64,000 nucleotides of DNA from Chiloscyllium plagiosum (GCF_004010195.1 NC_057754.1:845318-909317), one strand, 5' to 3'. Positions 50,668-64,000 are shown, counted from the stretch's first letter. Notes: generated from the sequence alone by a model not told the origin. A program made the numbers and translations.

Positions 50668-52134
50668 GGGACATGTGTTTTCAGAAGATTGGTGATTTTT
50701 GAATTCAATATAAATATGGAATTAAAAGCCAACCTAATGACAAAAAAAAACTCTAATTCTTTAATGTCCTTTAGGGAACAAATCTGCTGTCCTTGCCCAA
50801 TCTGGCCATGTGACATTTGACTTCAAATCCACAGCAGTATGTTTGACTCAAAACTGCTGTTTGAGGTGGACAAGACAACCACTTGATTGTGTCAAACTGC
50901 TACAAGATCTAAGGAAACTAACAAAAATAGACAGACCACTCAGTATCAACCTCAGTAAACCTAGGTCTGTCGATCCTGTAAAGTCCTTATTACTAACATC
51001 TAGACATTTATTGGGACAGCTGTTTCACAGACTAGTCAAGCAACAGCCAGACACGGTCATTCTCACAGAGTCATACCTTAGAGACAATATCACAGACACC
51101 ACTATCACCATCACCATCCCTAGAATATCCAGTCCCACCAGCAGAACAGAGGTGGCAGCACAATGGGGTACAGTCAGGAAGAAGTTGATCTGGGAGTTCT
51201 CAACATTAATTCAAGACCCCATGAAATATTATTGCATAAGGTCAAACATGGGAAGGAAACCTCCAGCTTATTACCACATACCATCCTCCCTTGCGGCTGA
51301 TGAGTCATGATGAATCACTCCTTCCTGTTGTACAACACATGGAGGAAGCACTGAGGATGTCAAGGATGCAGAATACTCTAGGTGGGGTACTTCAGTATCC
51401 ATCACCAAGAGTGGCTCAGTAGCAGCATTATAGACCGAGCCAGTTGGGTCCTAAAGGATGTAGCTGCTAGGCTGCGCATGTGGCTGCTGGTGAGGGAACT
51501 AACATGAGGGAAAAACGTACTTGAACTTATTGTCATCAATCTAACTGACACGTATGGTGTCCATCCATAACAGTTTTGATGGGACTGATCATTTCGTGAT
51601 TCTTGCGGAGATGTATTCCTGCTTTTGTGCTACATTGTCAAACTACATTGTGTTAATTACCAGGTAATCTGGTTTTCAGTGATGTTGGTTGAGGATTAGA
51701 TATTCACTCCAAGACACTGGGGAGGGCACACAGATCTCAGTTTTGAGTCTCATACTCCAACAGTTCAACACTGAGACTGTTGACCTGGATTATGGACTGC
51801 ATGTCTCTAAATTAAAGGAACAAGACCAGCAAGCAGCTGTCAAGTCTACAGGTGCGCTGTGCTCAATGAAGTTGATTCTAATTGGATACTACATTTGGCT
51901 TTAATGCTCCTTAGCTGGGGTGTAGAAGTGACTGTACAGTAATCTCTGAAAAGTGAACAAGGAATATGAGGATGGGAACTGGCCCAGTCGTGATGCTTCT
52001 CATGTTTGAGCGGTCTTTGACTTTACACAAATGGCACTTGGCACATCTTTCATAGAATGCCCAGGCCAGCGTTTTTTGCCCATCCTAATTGGCCTTGAAT
52101 TGAGTGGTACACTCAGCCATTTTAGAGGCAGTTG

Positions 52135-52473
52135 AGAGTCATAGAGATGTACAACATGGAAACAGACTTTTCGGTCCAACTCGTCCATGCCGACCAGATT
52201 TCCCAACCCAATCTAGTCCCACCTGCCAGCACCCAGCCCATTTCCCTCCAAACCCTTCCTATTCATATACCCATCAAAATGCCTCTTAAATGTTGCAATT
52301 GTACCAGCCTCCACCACATCCTCTGGCAGCTCATTCCATACACGTACCACCCTCTGTGTGAAAAAGTTGCCCCTTAGGTAGGATAAATAGACAAAGTCTT
52401 TTCACTGGGGTGGGGGAGTCCAGAACTAGAGGACATAGGTTTATGGTGAGAGGGGAAAGATATAAAAGAGTCA
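52135..52473 (-). mobile_element. CR1 3' end with inverted 5' segment, inserted in a SINE-like repeat
   Basis: Minus-strand tail 52135-52379 joined to the adjacent upstream CR1 segment in + orientation (52380-52470); TSD AGAGTCA. Confidence 0.75.
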
Positions 52474-55226
52474 GCCACATTGCTGAGAATCTGGAGTCAC
52501 ATGTAGGCCAGATTGCATAAGGATGGCAGATTTCTTTCCCTGAAAGGACATTAGTAACCCAGAAGGATTTTTACTACAATTTATGGTCACCATCATTGAG
52601 ATTAGCTTGTTTATATTCCAGGTTTATTTATTGAACATAAGTTTCACTAGGTAACTTGGAGGGATTTGAACCCATATCTCCAGAACATTTACCTGGACCT
52701 CTGGATTACTAGCCAAGTTATATTACCCCTATGCCATTGTCTGCCCATGGAAAAATGTCTTTATAAATCATAGGAAATTTTTTAAAAAAGATCAAAGCTT
52801 CATTTTTAAACAGGAGTAAAATGTGTTTGAATTTAGTAGAAGCTATTGGTCAGCGATAATTGTTCAGCCCAACTAGTCTATGCTACTGTCCATACACTTA
52901 ATGACTGACTTATTTACTGTGCTGCCGCTACCTCTCCATGTTGCTGCACGCAGTCTGTCTAGTTACCGTCCACCTCCCTGCTGCTGTAATCCCTGGTGAC
53001 CGTATTCCCAAGTGACTTGCTGCCTGATTTTGTTATTCCTGCACTGGAGTAGGAGGAGCGGGAAGATTGTCAAGCGGGAATTTATCTCCTGGGTTGTTGC
53101 CTCATTCTCACTGCTACCATTCTGTGGCACAACCTGTTGTCAAAACTCTTTTCATTTTGCAGGAATACGACTCTTGCACATGAATTCAAACTCCAGAAGA
53201 CATTTTTGCATCTTGCCCACCAACCAATTGTTGCCTTTTCTGAATCAGGTTGGCCTTTTGTTTCATTATGGGGCAATGTGGGTGTCACTGGCTAGATCAG
53301 CAATTTTTGCCCATCCCTAGTTGCCTTGGGGAAGATGGTAGTGAGCTGCCTTCTTGAATTGCTGCAGCCCATTGCTGCACAAACACCCACAAAAATATTA
53401 GCGAGGGAGTTCCAAGATTTTATCCCAGTGACACTGAAGGAACAGTGACGTATTTCCAAGTCAGGATGGTGAGTGGCTTGGAGGAGAACTTGCAGGTAGT
53501 GGTATTCCCATATATCTGGTGCTCTTTTCTTTTGGGATGTTAGTCATGGGTTTAGAAGCTATTGTTTAAAGAGCCTTGATGAATTTCTGCAGTTAATCTT
53601 GTAGATGGTGCACACTCCTGCTACTGAATTGGTGGAAGGAGTGAATGTTTGTGGGTATGGTGCCAATCAAACAAACTAAGGAATGGTTTTACAACCCATG
53701 CTGACTCAGAACTGAGACTAGAAAATTGCATCTCAGCTGGTCTGGACTCAATCCAATGTTCCCCAGCTGAAAACTCAATGCATAACCGTCTGCACCAATT
53801 CAAGATCAATTCTGCTGCCCAGTTACGTCCCAGTTTCTCCAGCCCACTCCATTCCACCTTTGGGAATGATCTTATCCCTTTTTCTCTTGCAAATCCTTTC
53901 CCAAAAATCTATCTGCCTTCCAACCTCTCCCCTTGCTTTCAAAAGTCTCATGGCTATTTTGAAGTCTTGAGCTTCTTTCAGTACTCCTCCCTCAAGGTCA
54001 GAAACTTTTTTTGCTGCTTAAATATGTGTTTTTCAAATTAAATATTCTTAAAGAAAACAGAAAAAAAAAAACTGTTTTTTCTGTAGAGATTGGCTTGCTG
54101 GAAAAAAGCACTTTGACCAGTTGATTATCCTTGAAGGCAAGAGAATTAAATGTCAGATGTTTCAGAGCCTGGTGTTCGAGCTGACGTGGTCAAGTCACTC
54201 ATCCTGCATCATCTGCATCATGGCTTCGTCAGGAAATACAATCTTAAGATGTTCTTTCAAGCACTCTCTTGAAATAATGTATAAGTTTCACCTTGAACTT
54301 AACAAGATAATATTTCTTTCCAGAGATAAGAGCGATCAGATAGGCACCTTGTTCTTGGTAAGCATTCCTCCAACTCAGCTTGTTCTTAGTCTTCCTTCAA
54401 CTGAACCAGCTAAAACAAGCACCTCTCCAAGCCAGTTACTGTTCAAAAAAAGCCCAGCCGGGGTTTACAGCACAGCAAACGCTTATCAGTAGTGATATGA
54501 TTTTCAAATTTCCGATGGCCTTTTCTAAAGAAACCATTCCAGGTTTTTCCACGAAACTTGAAATACATTCATTTCAAAACTCTTCAAAACTTCAGTAGTC
54601 TAATCACTCTTCAATACAAAGCGTCTTCATGACGCTTGTAAAATAATTCTCTGGCAGGACGAGAGTAGTTGTTGGTCAGCAACTTGGGCTAAAGTAAGGA
54701 ATGGCATGGTGGTGAAAGTGTCAGGGTGGTGGAAGTGTCAGCCCAGGTCACTATTCCGTGTCCTCAGCAAGTACATGTGTCAGGGGATTGAGTAACAAGC
54801 AACTTGATGCTCATGAAAAACTACCACTTGGGTAGGGTGCTGCAGCAGTGATGTAGGAATGCACAATATAAGAGCAAAAGTAGGCCATTTGGCTCCTTAA
54901 ACCTACTCCACTGTTCACTAGGATCATGGTTGATCTGAGTGTGGTTTAATTCTGCTTTTCTGCCTGCCTCCTGTGCAGTCAAAGACCAGAGAAAGCCAGT
55001 AATGAGAGGAGAGAGTTGGAGAGAGGATACAGAAGCCAGTGAACATTACAATTCTTGTGAACTGTAACAATGACAAAGAGGGTGATTGACATTTTGTTTC
55101 TGGAGGTTTAGAGGCAACCTTATAGAAGTTTAAAAAATTATGAGGGTTATAGATAGAGTTGATGGCAGGCATCTTTTCCCTGGGATGGCGGATTTCAAGA
55201 TTGGGGTTACAGTTTAAAGATGAGCG

Positions 55227-57267
55227 GAACATAGAACATCACAACGCAGGACAGGCCCTTCGGCCCTTGATGTTGTACCGACCTGTGAAACCATTCTGAA
55301 GCTCATCTAACTTACACTATTCCGTTCTTGTCCATATACCTATCCAATGACTATTTAAATGCCCTTACATTTGGCGAGTCTACTACTGTTGCAGGCAGTG
55401 CGTTCCACACCTGTGCTACTCTGAGTAAAGAAACTATCTCTGACATCTGTCCTATATCTATCAGCCCTCAATTTAAAGCTATGTCCCCTCATGCTAGCCA
55501 TCACCATCTGAGAAAATGGCTCTCACTGTCTACCCTATCTAACCACCCTATCTAACCCTCTGATTATCTTATATGTCTCAATTAAGTCACCTCTCAACCT
55601 TCTCTCTAATGAAAACAGCCTCAAGTCCCTCGGCCTTTCCTCGCAAGACCTTCCTTCCATACCAGGCGACATCCTAGTAAATCTCCTCTGAACCCTTTCC
55701 AAAGCCTCCACATCATTCCTATAATGCGGTGACCAGAACTGTACGCAATACTCCAAGTGTGGCCACACCAGAGTTTTGTACAGCTGCAGCATGACCTCAT
55801 GATTCCGTAACTCAATCCCTCTACCAATAAAAGCTAGCATATACCGTATGCCATCTTATCAAACCTATCAACCTGGGTGGCAACTTTCAAGGTTCGGTGG
55901 ACCTGGACACCAAGATCTCTCTGCTCATCTACATTACCAAGAAGCTTACCATTAGCCCAATACTCTGCATTTCTGTTGCTCCTTCCAGAGTGAATCACCT
56001 CACACTTTACCTCATTAAACTCCATTTGCCACTTCTCAGCCCAGCTCTACATCTTATCCATGTCCCTCTGTAACCTATAACATCCTTCATCACTATCCAC
56101 AACTCTACTGACCTTAGTGTCTTCACAAATTAACTAATCCATCCTTCTACGTCCTCATCCAGGTTATTTATAGAAATGACAAACAGCAGTAGCCCCAAAA
56201 CAGATCCTTGTAGTACACCACTAGTAACTGAACTCCAGGATGAACATTTCCCATCAACCACCACCCTCTGTCTTCTTTCAGCGAGCCAATTTCTGACCAA
56301 ACTGCTGAATCACCCTCAATCCCATGCCTCTGTATTTTGTTCAATAGCCTAACGTGGGGAAACTCATCAAATGCCTTATTGAAAACCATATACACCACAT
56401 CACCCGGTTTACCATCATCCACCTGTTTGGTCACCTTCTCAAATAACTCAAAGGTTTGTGAGGCACGACATACCCATCACAAAACCTTGTTGACTCTCCA
56501 TAATCAACTTATTCCTTTTTAGATGATTATAAATCCTATCTCTTCTAACCCTTTCCAACACTTTGCCCACAATCGAAATAAGGCTCACTGGTCTATAATT
56601 ACCAGGGTTGTCTCTACTCCCCTTGAACAAGGGGACAACATTTGCTATCTTCCAGTCTTCGGGCACTATTTCTGTAGATAATGACGACATAAAGATCAAA
56701 GCCAAAGGCTTTGCACTCTCCTCCCTGGCTTCCCAGAGAATCCTAGGATAAATCCCATGTGGCCCAGGAGACTTATCTATTTTTACACTTTCCAGTATTG
56801 TTAACACCACCTCCTTGTGAACCTCAATCCCATCTAGTCTAGTAGTCTGTATCTCTGATTTGGAGATGCTGGTGTTGGACTGGGGAGTACAAAGTTAAAA
56901 ATCATACAACACCAGGTTATAGTCCAAAAGGTTTAATTGGAAGCACACTAGCTTTCGGAGCGACGCTCCTTTATCAGGTGGTAGTGGAGCATGATCTAAT
57001 GAAGGAGCGTCGCTCCAAAAGCTAGTGTGCTTCCAATTAAACCTTTTGGACTATAACCTGATGTTGTGTGATTTTTTAAGTCTGTATCTCAGTATTCTCC
57101 TCGACTGCATTGTCTTTTTCTAGTGTGAATACTGACAAAAAGTATTCATTTAATGCTTCTCCTATTTCCTCTGACTCCACGCACAACTTCCCACTACTTT
57201 GCTTGATTGACCCTAATCTTACTCGAGTCATTCTTTTATTCCTGATATACCTATAGGAAGCCTTAGG
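55227..57267 (-). mobile_element. CR1/HER1-type LINE, same subfamily as 7815-9711, inserted into an older + strand CR1 fragment
   Basis: KSPGPHGIYPRILWE, NYRPVSLISIVGK, HLEYCVQFWSP; flanks 55110-55226 and 57268-57512 form one interrupted CR1 3' region. Confidence 0.9.
56856..57078. mobile_element. Fold-back Penelope-derived insertion with 12-bp TSD
   Basis: Inverted arms 56895-56977 and 56996-57079; AGTCTGTATCTC duplicated at 56844-56855 and 57079-57090; degenerate hammerhead cores on both arms. Confidence 0.75.
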
Positions 57268-58005
57268 AGAGAGATTTTAAAAATGGGGGCAATTTTTTTT
57301 ACAGAGTGGTTCACAAGTGGAATGAACTTCCAGAGGAAATGGTGGATGTGGGTGCAAATACAATGTTTAAAAGACATTTGGATAAATACACGAATGGAAA
57401 AGGTTTGGAGGGATATGGGCCAGGAGCAGGCAGGTGGGACTGGTTTAGTTTGGAATTATTTTTGGCATAGATTGATTGGACCGAAAGGTCTGTTTCTGTG
57501 CTGTATGACTGTATGTGAAAGAAAAAGAAAGAAAATTGTATTTATCTTCACTTTTGGTGACCTCAGGACATTCCAAAGGGCTTCACATGTAATGAAATGC
57601 TTTTGAAGTGAATTGTCAGTTTCAATGTAAGGAACTCAGTACAGTGGTTCAGATCACCGATTTGTAATGATGTTGGTGAGGGATATCAGTGACAACTGCC
57701 TCCCACTCTTTCTATGGGAGCTGTGGGAGCCTTCACACCCCTTGATGGCAGACAGGACCTTGGTTTAATGTCCTAGAAAGAAATGGCCTTTCCAAAAATT
57801 TGTCACTATGTCTGTATCACACCGGAAATTGGGTCTGGATTATGTGCTAAAGTATCTGGAGTATGACTTGTGTCTAAGATCTTTTGAATGTTGATATGGG
57901 TGTTGTCTGCTGAGCTGTGTTTAATGAATGGGCAAGTTACGCACTCAAAATTTCCCCCCACCACTTCATGTGTCATGCGAACTGGATTTAATTTGTTTTA
58001 AGCAG

Positions 58006-58099
58006 ACCGGCAGCGGCAACGTAGAAGCTAAGGTTGTGTGTCTGTATCGGAGAAGGGACATTTCCAGCAACCTCAATGGGCTTGCAGACAACCATGCAC
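58006..58099 (+). CDS. MTA2: MTA2 coding exon 3 (BAH domain, 94 nt)
   Basis: TTTTAAGCAG|ACC GGC gives [31 protein letters not shown](R)|GTGAGT, in phase with exon 2. CL, LNxLAD and AR match MTA2 better than MTA1/MTA3 (recalled). Confidence 0.85.
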
Positions 58100-61000
58100 G
58101 TGAGTACCTTGTCATTCATCTGGGGTATGCATGGGTGGTGAGGACACAAGAATGCTCAACCATTATCTGAACCTGACTGAAATTATACATCCAGCAGCAA
58201 TAATGTCTGAGGTTATGTTTGAAAGTTAAGGCTGGTTGTTAGTGCTATGGATTGGCTTTGTTTAAATATAGGAAGATTTCATGTTTGGTTTCAACCTGCA
58301 GTTCATTGAGAGAAATTATGCACAGTTCTAGTACTTGTGTGGTGTAAACAGGAGTTTTGTTCCATTTAGAGTACCGTGTTCTGGGCACTACACTTGAGGA
58401 AGGAAATATTGACCTTGGAATGGGTGCAGTGCAGATTCACCAAAATGAAGGTAGGGTCAACCAGGCTAAAATTACAAGGACAGGTTCCATAGACTAGGCT
58501 TGTATTCCCTTGATTTGTAGAAGATTAAAAGACAATTGAAGGGTTTAAGATGATTAAAAAATTCAATATTATCCATCTGTGCTATGTGGGGTTGGGAGGA
58601 GAGGGTGTGGATGCAAAGTTCAAAATGAGGCATCACTTTAAAATGTTGTTACGGCACACTTCTTCATAAAATGTAATAAATATCTGGGACACTCTCCCCC
58701 ATACATTGTGAGGGATTAAAGTAAATTGAAAATATGATTATCAAAACTGATAAATTTGTTTTGTGTAAGATGATTAAAGGTATAGAACTAAGGTGGGTAA
58801 ATTAGATCAGTCAGGATCTAATTGCGTAGTGGAAGAGGCTTGCAGGGGGTTGGGGTTGCTGACTTTCCACTTTTGCATTCCCAGTTCACATTATTGCCAG
58901 TGGGAATATGTACCATATGTTACACCTTGTTGAATATTTGCTTTTCCAATAAACCAGTGTTCTTTTAATTTAATTGTTATTTAGTTAGGGAACTTTGCAT
59001 ATTTCTGTTCTGTGTTTTAAGACCATTCCTCATGGTTAGAGTTTTGTAATATTTGTGTAGGTAAAGTAAATCATTTTGTACAATAAAGAATTTAATTATG
59101 AAAGCATTTCACTGTGAAACTGTTTATACTGCCGTTACAGTTTGTCACAATAAAAATCACATCATCGTGTCTCCATTCTATATGCTACTTTTTCAAAAAA
59201 TTACTCTATTGAATAGTCTTGTGAAATAAAACTCACTTTCTCACTAATGGTATAAAGGACTTTCATTCCGTTGAAGTTTGTAAGTTTCTCAAGCTTCCCC
59301 TTAAATGATAGATGATGTATACCAGAAGAGCACTTGATTATAAATATGGCAATATGAGTGAAATACTGCCTGTAGGTCAGTAAATTCTGAAACTATGATA
59401 GTGTGATTTTAAAAGGGGAAGGTGTCTTGCAAGCATTGATCCATTCTAAACAGCTTTAAGAATGAGTGGACAACAACTTTGAGGAATCACAGAGGATGAT
59501 AGCAATGTTGATAGATTGACTGCTTTGTTGGAACTTGTCTATGTTATTTCCATATCCCTCATACTGTCAACCAAAGTAATTCTTTCTACTTTTGTCACCT
59601 CTTCTCATCCTCCCTCTCGCTTAGATAAGAGCATACAAATTAGGAGCAAAAGTAGTCTATTCAGCCCCTCGAGCCTGCTCCACCATTCAATAAGATCATG
59701 GCTGATCTGTTTATAATTTGCATTCCACATTTCCATCTATCCCAGTAACCTCTGATACCCTTTCATAAGAAAAGTCTATCTACCTCTGCCTTAAAAATAT
59801 TCAATGACCCTGCCTCCAGGACCACCTGAGGCTGAGATTCCAAAGGGTAAAACCTTCAGAGAAAATATTTCTTCTCATCTCTGTCCAAAGGGGAAAACCC
59901 TCATTTTAAACCAATGCCCCTTAGTTCTGGATTGTCCACAGGAGGAAGCATTCTTTCCATGTTCAGACCATTCAGGATCTTGCACATTTCAATCAGGTCA
60001 CCGCTCTTCTAAATTTCAGTGGAAATAAGACAACTTGCTCATTCCAGGTATACATCTGGGAAACTATCTCTTATCTGCCTTCCAATGTGTTTACATCGTT
60101 CCTTAAATAAGGAAACCAAAATTCCACACAGTATTCAAGGTGGGATCTTACCAATGCCCTGCGAAACTGACAAATGACATGCTTACTTTTGTGTTCCAAT
60201 CCTCTCATAATAAATGTTAGCATCCCATTAGTCTTAATTACTTGCTCTTGTTTGTATCAAGCCTCTTATTAATAAGCAAACACACTGTGCATCAAAAACT
60301 GTGCGACAACAAGTTCCATATTTTTACCACTAGTGATACTAATGCAGCTCCCTCTCCCCCTAACACCCTGACTGTATTTCTACTGACATTACCCTGGCTC
60401 CTTCACATAGTCATTCAGTTGCCTCTCTCCCCCAGTGCCCTGTGTCATTAACTGTATCTCTACAGATGTTAATCCAGCTCGCTCACACTGTCACTCAGTA
60501 ACCCTTCTTACCACCAGTGCCCCGTATCCCAATCCACTAGGTGACATGCAGTCATGTTGAGAGAAGTCTATCTCTGTTATATTTGCCTCCACCCAACAAA
60601 GCCCCTAGTCCCTGTTCTGGACCACCCACATGATGAAAGAGATGTGATGGGAGCTCACTGAGTGGGTAGACCAGCTGCATTGAACTACAAGCACACTTTG
60701 TCACTGTATCACCAGAAAGAGAAAGGATAGTTTAAGTGACCACACTAGGTAGCGATTAAGCAGCAGGCCAAGGTTTGGTATTAACCAGAGAGGGCTAGCC
60801 ATTTGGATACAAAATTGGCTTGAAGGTAGGAGACGGAGGACGGTGGTGGAGGGTCGTTTTTCAAACAAGAGTCTGTGACCATTGGTGTGCCACAAGTATT
60901 GTTGCTGGCTCCGCTGTTTTTTGTCATTTACATAAATGATTTGGGAGAGTGGTGCATGTATGAAATAAGCTGCCAGAGGAACTGGTGGAGGCAGGTACAA

Positions 61001-64000
61001 TTACAAGATTTAAAAGGCATCTGGATGGGTATTTGAATAGGAAGGGTTCAGAGGCATATGAGCCAAATGCTGACAAATTGGACTACATTTATTTAGGATA
61101 TCTGGTCGGCATGGACAAGTTGGACGGAAGGATCTGTTTCTATGCTGTGTAACTTTGTCTGTATAGAAGTGTCAGCCATGTGCCAGTAAGTCAAATTCTC
61201 CAAGTCTGCCAGAAGGTTGTGCGTTCAAACTAGGATCAGGGGACTTGAACAGGCAGTTCATGCCGACACTCCCTGTTACAGCCCTGTACCACCTCTCATG
61301 TCAAATGAGATAGTAAACTGAAGCTGAACATAAAAGGTAACACAGCAACTGACTGGTCTTTACCACATTGAAATTTGTGGGATCTTGCTGTGTGCAAATT
61401 GATTGCTGCTTTTCCTACAACAGTGACCACATTTCCAAAAAGCGATTCCTTAATTGGCTGTCACATGCTTTCAGATGTGCCACAGTAACAAGCGCCACTG
61501 TGTGAATTGGAGTTCATTCTTTCAAGGCGACAGTGCTGACGCAACGATCTTTATGCTGCAGTGATAGAAGATCCTGTGCACTCTGTGAGTAGGATGAGAG
61601 GGATTGAAGATCAGGAGTACCTCACGAGCTGATCAAAGGCTTTCTGAAGCAAAAGGAGCAGCAGCTGCAAATGTGGCGAGTGGGTTTTGTTTTGGGAGAG
61701 GTGGGTGGGGGTGATGTTCAGGAGGAACTGCACAGGGTGCATTGCCCAATCTCTGTGGAGAATTGGTTGCTGCCCGAGGCAACATGCTGGAATGCTTAAT
61801 TGCAGGGGAACCTTATGTTAAAAGGCAGACTGTTTGTGGAAACTCTCCATGGCCCTCCACTCACTACAACCCTTTTTTGTGGTTTACTTCCAGTCATTCC
61901 TGAGGGAAAAACAAAACTATGGGATCCACCCAATTGATGGCTAGAGAAGGGGACAGGTGGCAGGCTGCCCACACAATGTGTTCACAGTGTGGGCTGGGAC
62001 ACTGTGCTAAGGAGGAGTCCATAAATAGATGGCAAGGCACATCTCTGTTTGCCCCTGGAGTCATAGAGTCATACAGCATGGAAGCAGACCCTTCAGTCCA
62101 GTTCAAGCAGGTTGATCGGATAACCTAAATTAATCTAGTCCCATTTGCCAGCACTTGGTTCATTTCCCTCTAAATCCTTCCTATTCATTTACCCATCTGG
62201 ATGCCTTTTAAATATTCTCCTGCAATTAAAACCCCACCCAGCTTTTTGTTTAAAGAGATGGCTGTCGGGTACCTATGAAACTGTATTTGCCAATGGTGCG
62301 CCCATCCCCACAACATTAGTGAGCAGTCCATCAATACCCCAGTCGATAGGCTGACAAACCCACCAGCAATGGACTTCATGGGTAGGAACATTCTGCACAA
62401 ATGCATAAGTGTTACCACCATAATTAACACTTCCTATGTTAATACAATGTCCAAATGTGTTACGAGCTAGGTCAATCTGCTATTGTAATGATGTTATAGG
62501 ATAAATATTACTACCAAGAAATCGGGGAGAACTCATTTTCAAATTTGGCATCGAGCTCATCCAGCTCAAAGGGCAGATGGGACGTTGGCTCAACTGAAGG
62601 ACACTCACTCCAAAGTGCATTATTCCCTCCATATTGACCCTCCTGACAATGCAGCACTATCTCAGGCATGAGCCCATCCCCCAGATGGTATGGTACACTC
62701 TCATCCCTGACCACAACTGACAATGCATGCTCCCTGAGGTGTCATCCTATGACTGTGTGGCATTACATGCATTCTGACCCTCCGACAGTGCCTGCTTCCT
62801 CAGCACTGACCCACTGATGGTGTGGCGCTCCCTCGGCGCTGACAGTGCAGCATTCCATCAGTGCTGACCCTCCAACAGTGCGGCATAACTTTGTGCTGCC
62901 AATAAGGATATCAGGTTAGATCATGTGTACGTGTATGGAATGAGCTGCCAGAGGAAGTGGTGGAGGCTGGTACAATTGCAACATTTAAGAGGCATTTGTA
63001 TGGGTATATGAATAAGAAGGGTTTGGAGGGATATGTGCCGGATGCTGTCAGGTGGGACTAGATTGGGTTGGGATATCTGGTTGGACTGAAGGGTCTGTTT
63101 CCATGCTGTACATCTCTATGATTCTATGACACTGTCTCTAGACTGAGTCTGGAACCAATGACTTTCAGAATCAGATGTGAAAATGCCCACTAAAAGAATC
63201 GCAGCTGATATCTCAGACGGTTAGGTTGATCTCCCAGTGTCCTGACCAGATTCATCTCATGATAGCTCAATGCTATGTCAACCAGTTACTGTTTCAATGT
63301 TGACGTGCAATTACTGCCAATATCATTTCATGTATCATACTCAGTAGCCAATACACAGCCTGACCTCCCCTTTACCTATGCTGCTGCACCATTCCCAAGA
63401 GATACTCGCTTATTTGTGGTGAGAAAGGGAAGTATTCTCTGCACGAGAAATTGCAGGGGTACAGGAGTGGTTTGGGGGAGTGTAGGGGCTGGCCAGCAGG
63501 AGTTAGGTGACATACAGCAACAGATCTAACTTAAGCATTAAGCTTGACATTGCAGCAAGGTAATTGAGGGGTGGGTATGTCATTGCAACTCTCCCATGTC
63601 ACAAAGGGTACTGAAAATCTGGAAGGTTTGTGGGTCAGTTGAACCTTGTAGAATTGTGATTGGAAGATTTCCGTTTTGGAGGGATATAAATGTTTATGAA
63701 ACCAAGGGAGGCTAAGTGGATTGAAAGGGCAGATCAGCTCTGACCTAACAAAGTAGAACAGGCTCAAAGGGCTGAATGATCAACTCCAATTTCTCAATGT
63801 TTCCATAGCCAGAATAACTGAATTCACTTCATTAACAATGAAATTCTATTTTCACATTTTTAAAACCCAGCAATGTTTCTTCTGCAGTTCTACATGAACT
63901 GTGTAATGTGGCCAAGATTTTATCCAATTTTTGTTTTGAAAGTGTGTAGCTGTGTGGAGAGACATGGACTCACGTAAAATAAAACTGTGGGGTTTGAATG

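Noticed and set aside
54121..54598. 123-aa and 72-aa ORFs in MTA2 intron 2
   Set aside because: No family resemblance, non-ATG starts, and MTA2 exons 2 and 3 already join in frame.
58927..59230. Several AATAAA motifs after MTA2 exon 3
   Set aside because: AT-rich background makes them expected by chance; no evidence for intronic polyadenylation from sequence alone.

Overview
Repeat-rich vertebrate genomic DNA with several assembly gaps, almost certainly from a shark: it carries HE1-type SINEs, HER1/CR1 LINEs and a SacSINE1-like DeuSINE. Two protein-coding genes are recognisable, both on the + strand. (1) A complete three-exon peripherin-2/ROM1-family photoreceptor tetraspanin (CDS 19664-20244, 22755-23001, 27430-27657; 351 aa), best called ROM1, with a photoreceptor-type promoter motif cluster and three poly(A) signals. 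(2) Coding exons 2 and 3 of MTA2 (49372-49439, 58006-58099); exon 1 is not visible and may lie in the gap at 35268-35767. The rest is mostly transposable-element DNA: CR1-type LINEs, a nested degenerate Gypsy LTR element plus a solo LTR, SINEs, Penelope-like fragments and minisatellites. The most interesting non-genic signals are minimal hammerhead-ribozyme motifs in several Penelope-derived families, fold-back Penelope insertions with target-site duplications (TSDs), two long inverted duplications in the presumed MTA2 intron 1 (one looping out a candidate stop-containing exon), a tiny L1 ORF1/3'-end chimera and a twin-priming-like CR1 insertion. Family assignments come from recalled sequences, not from database searches.
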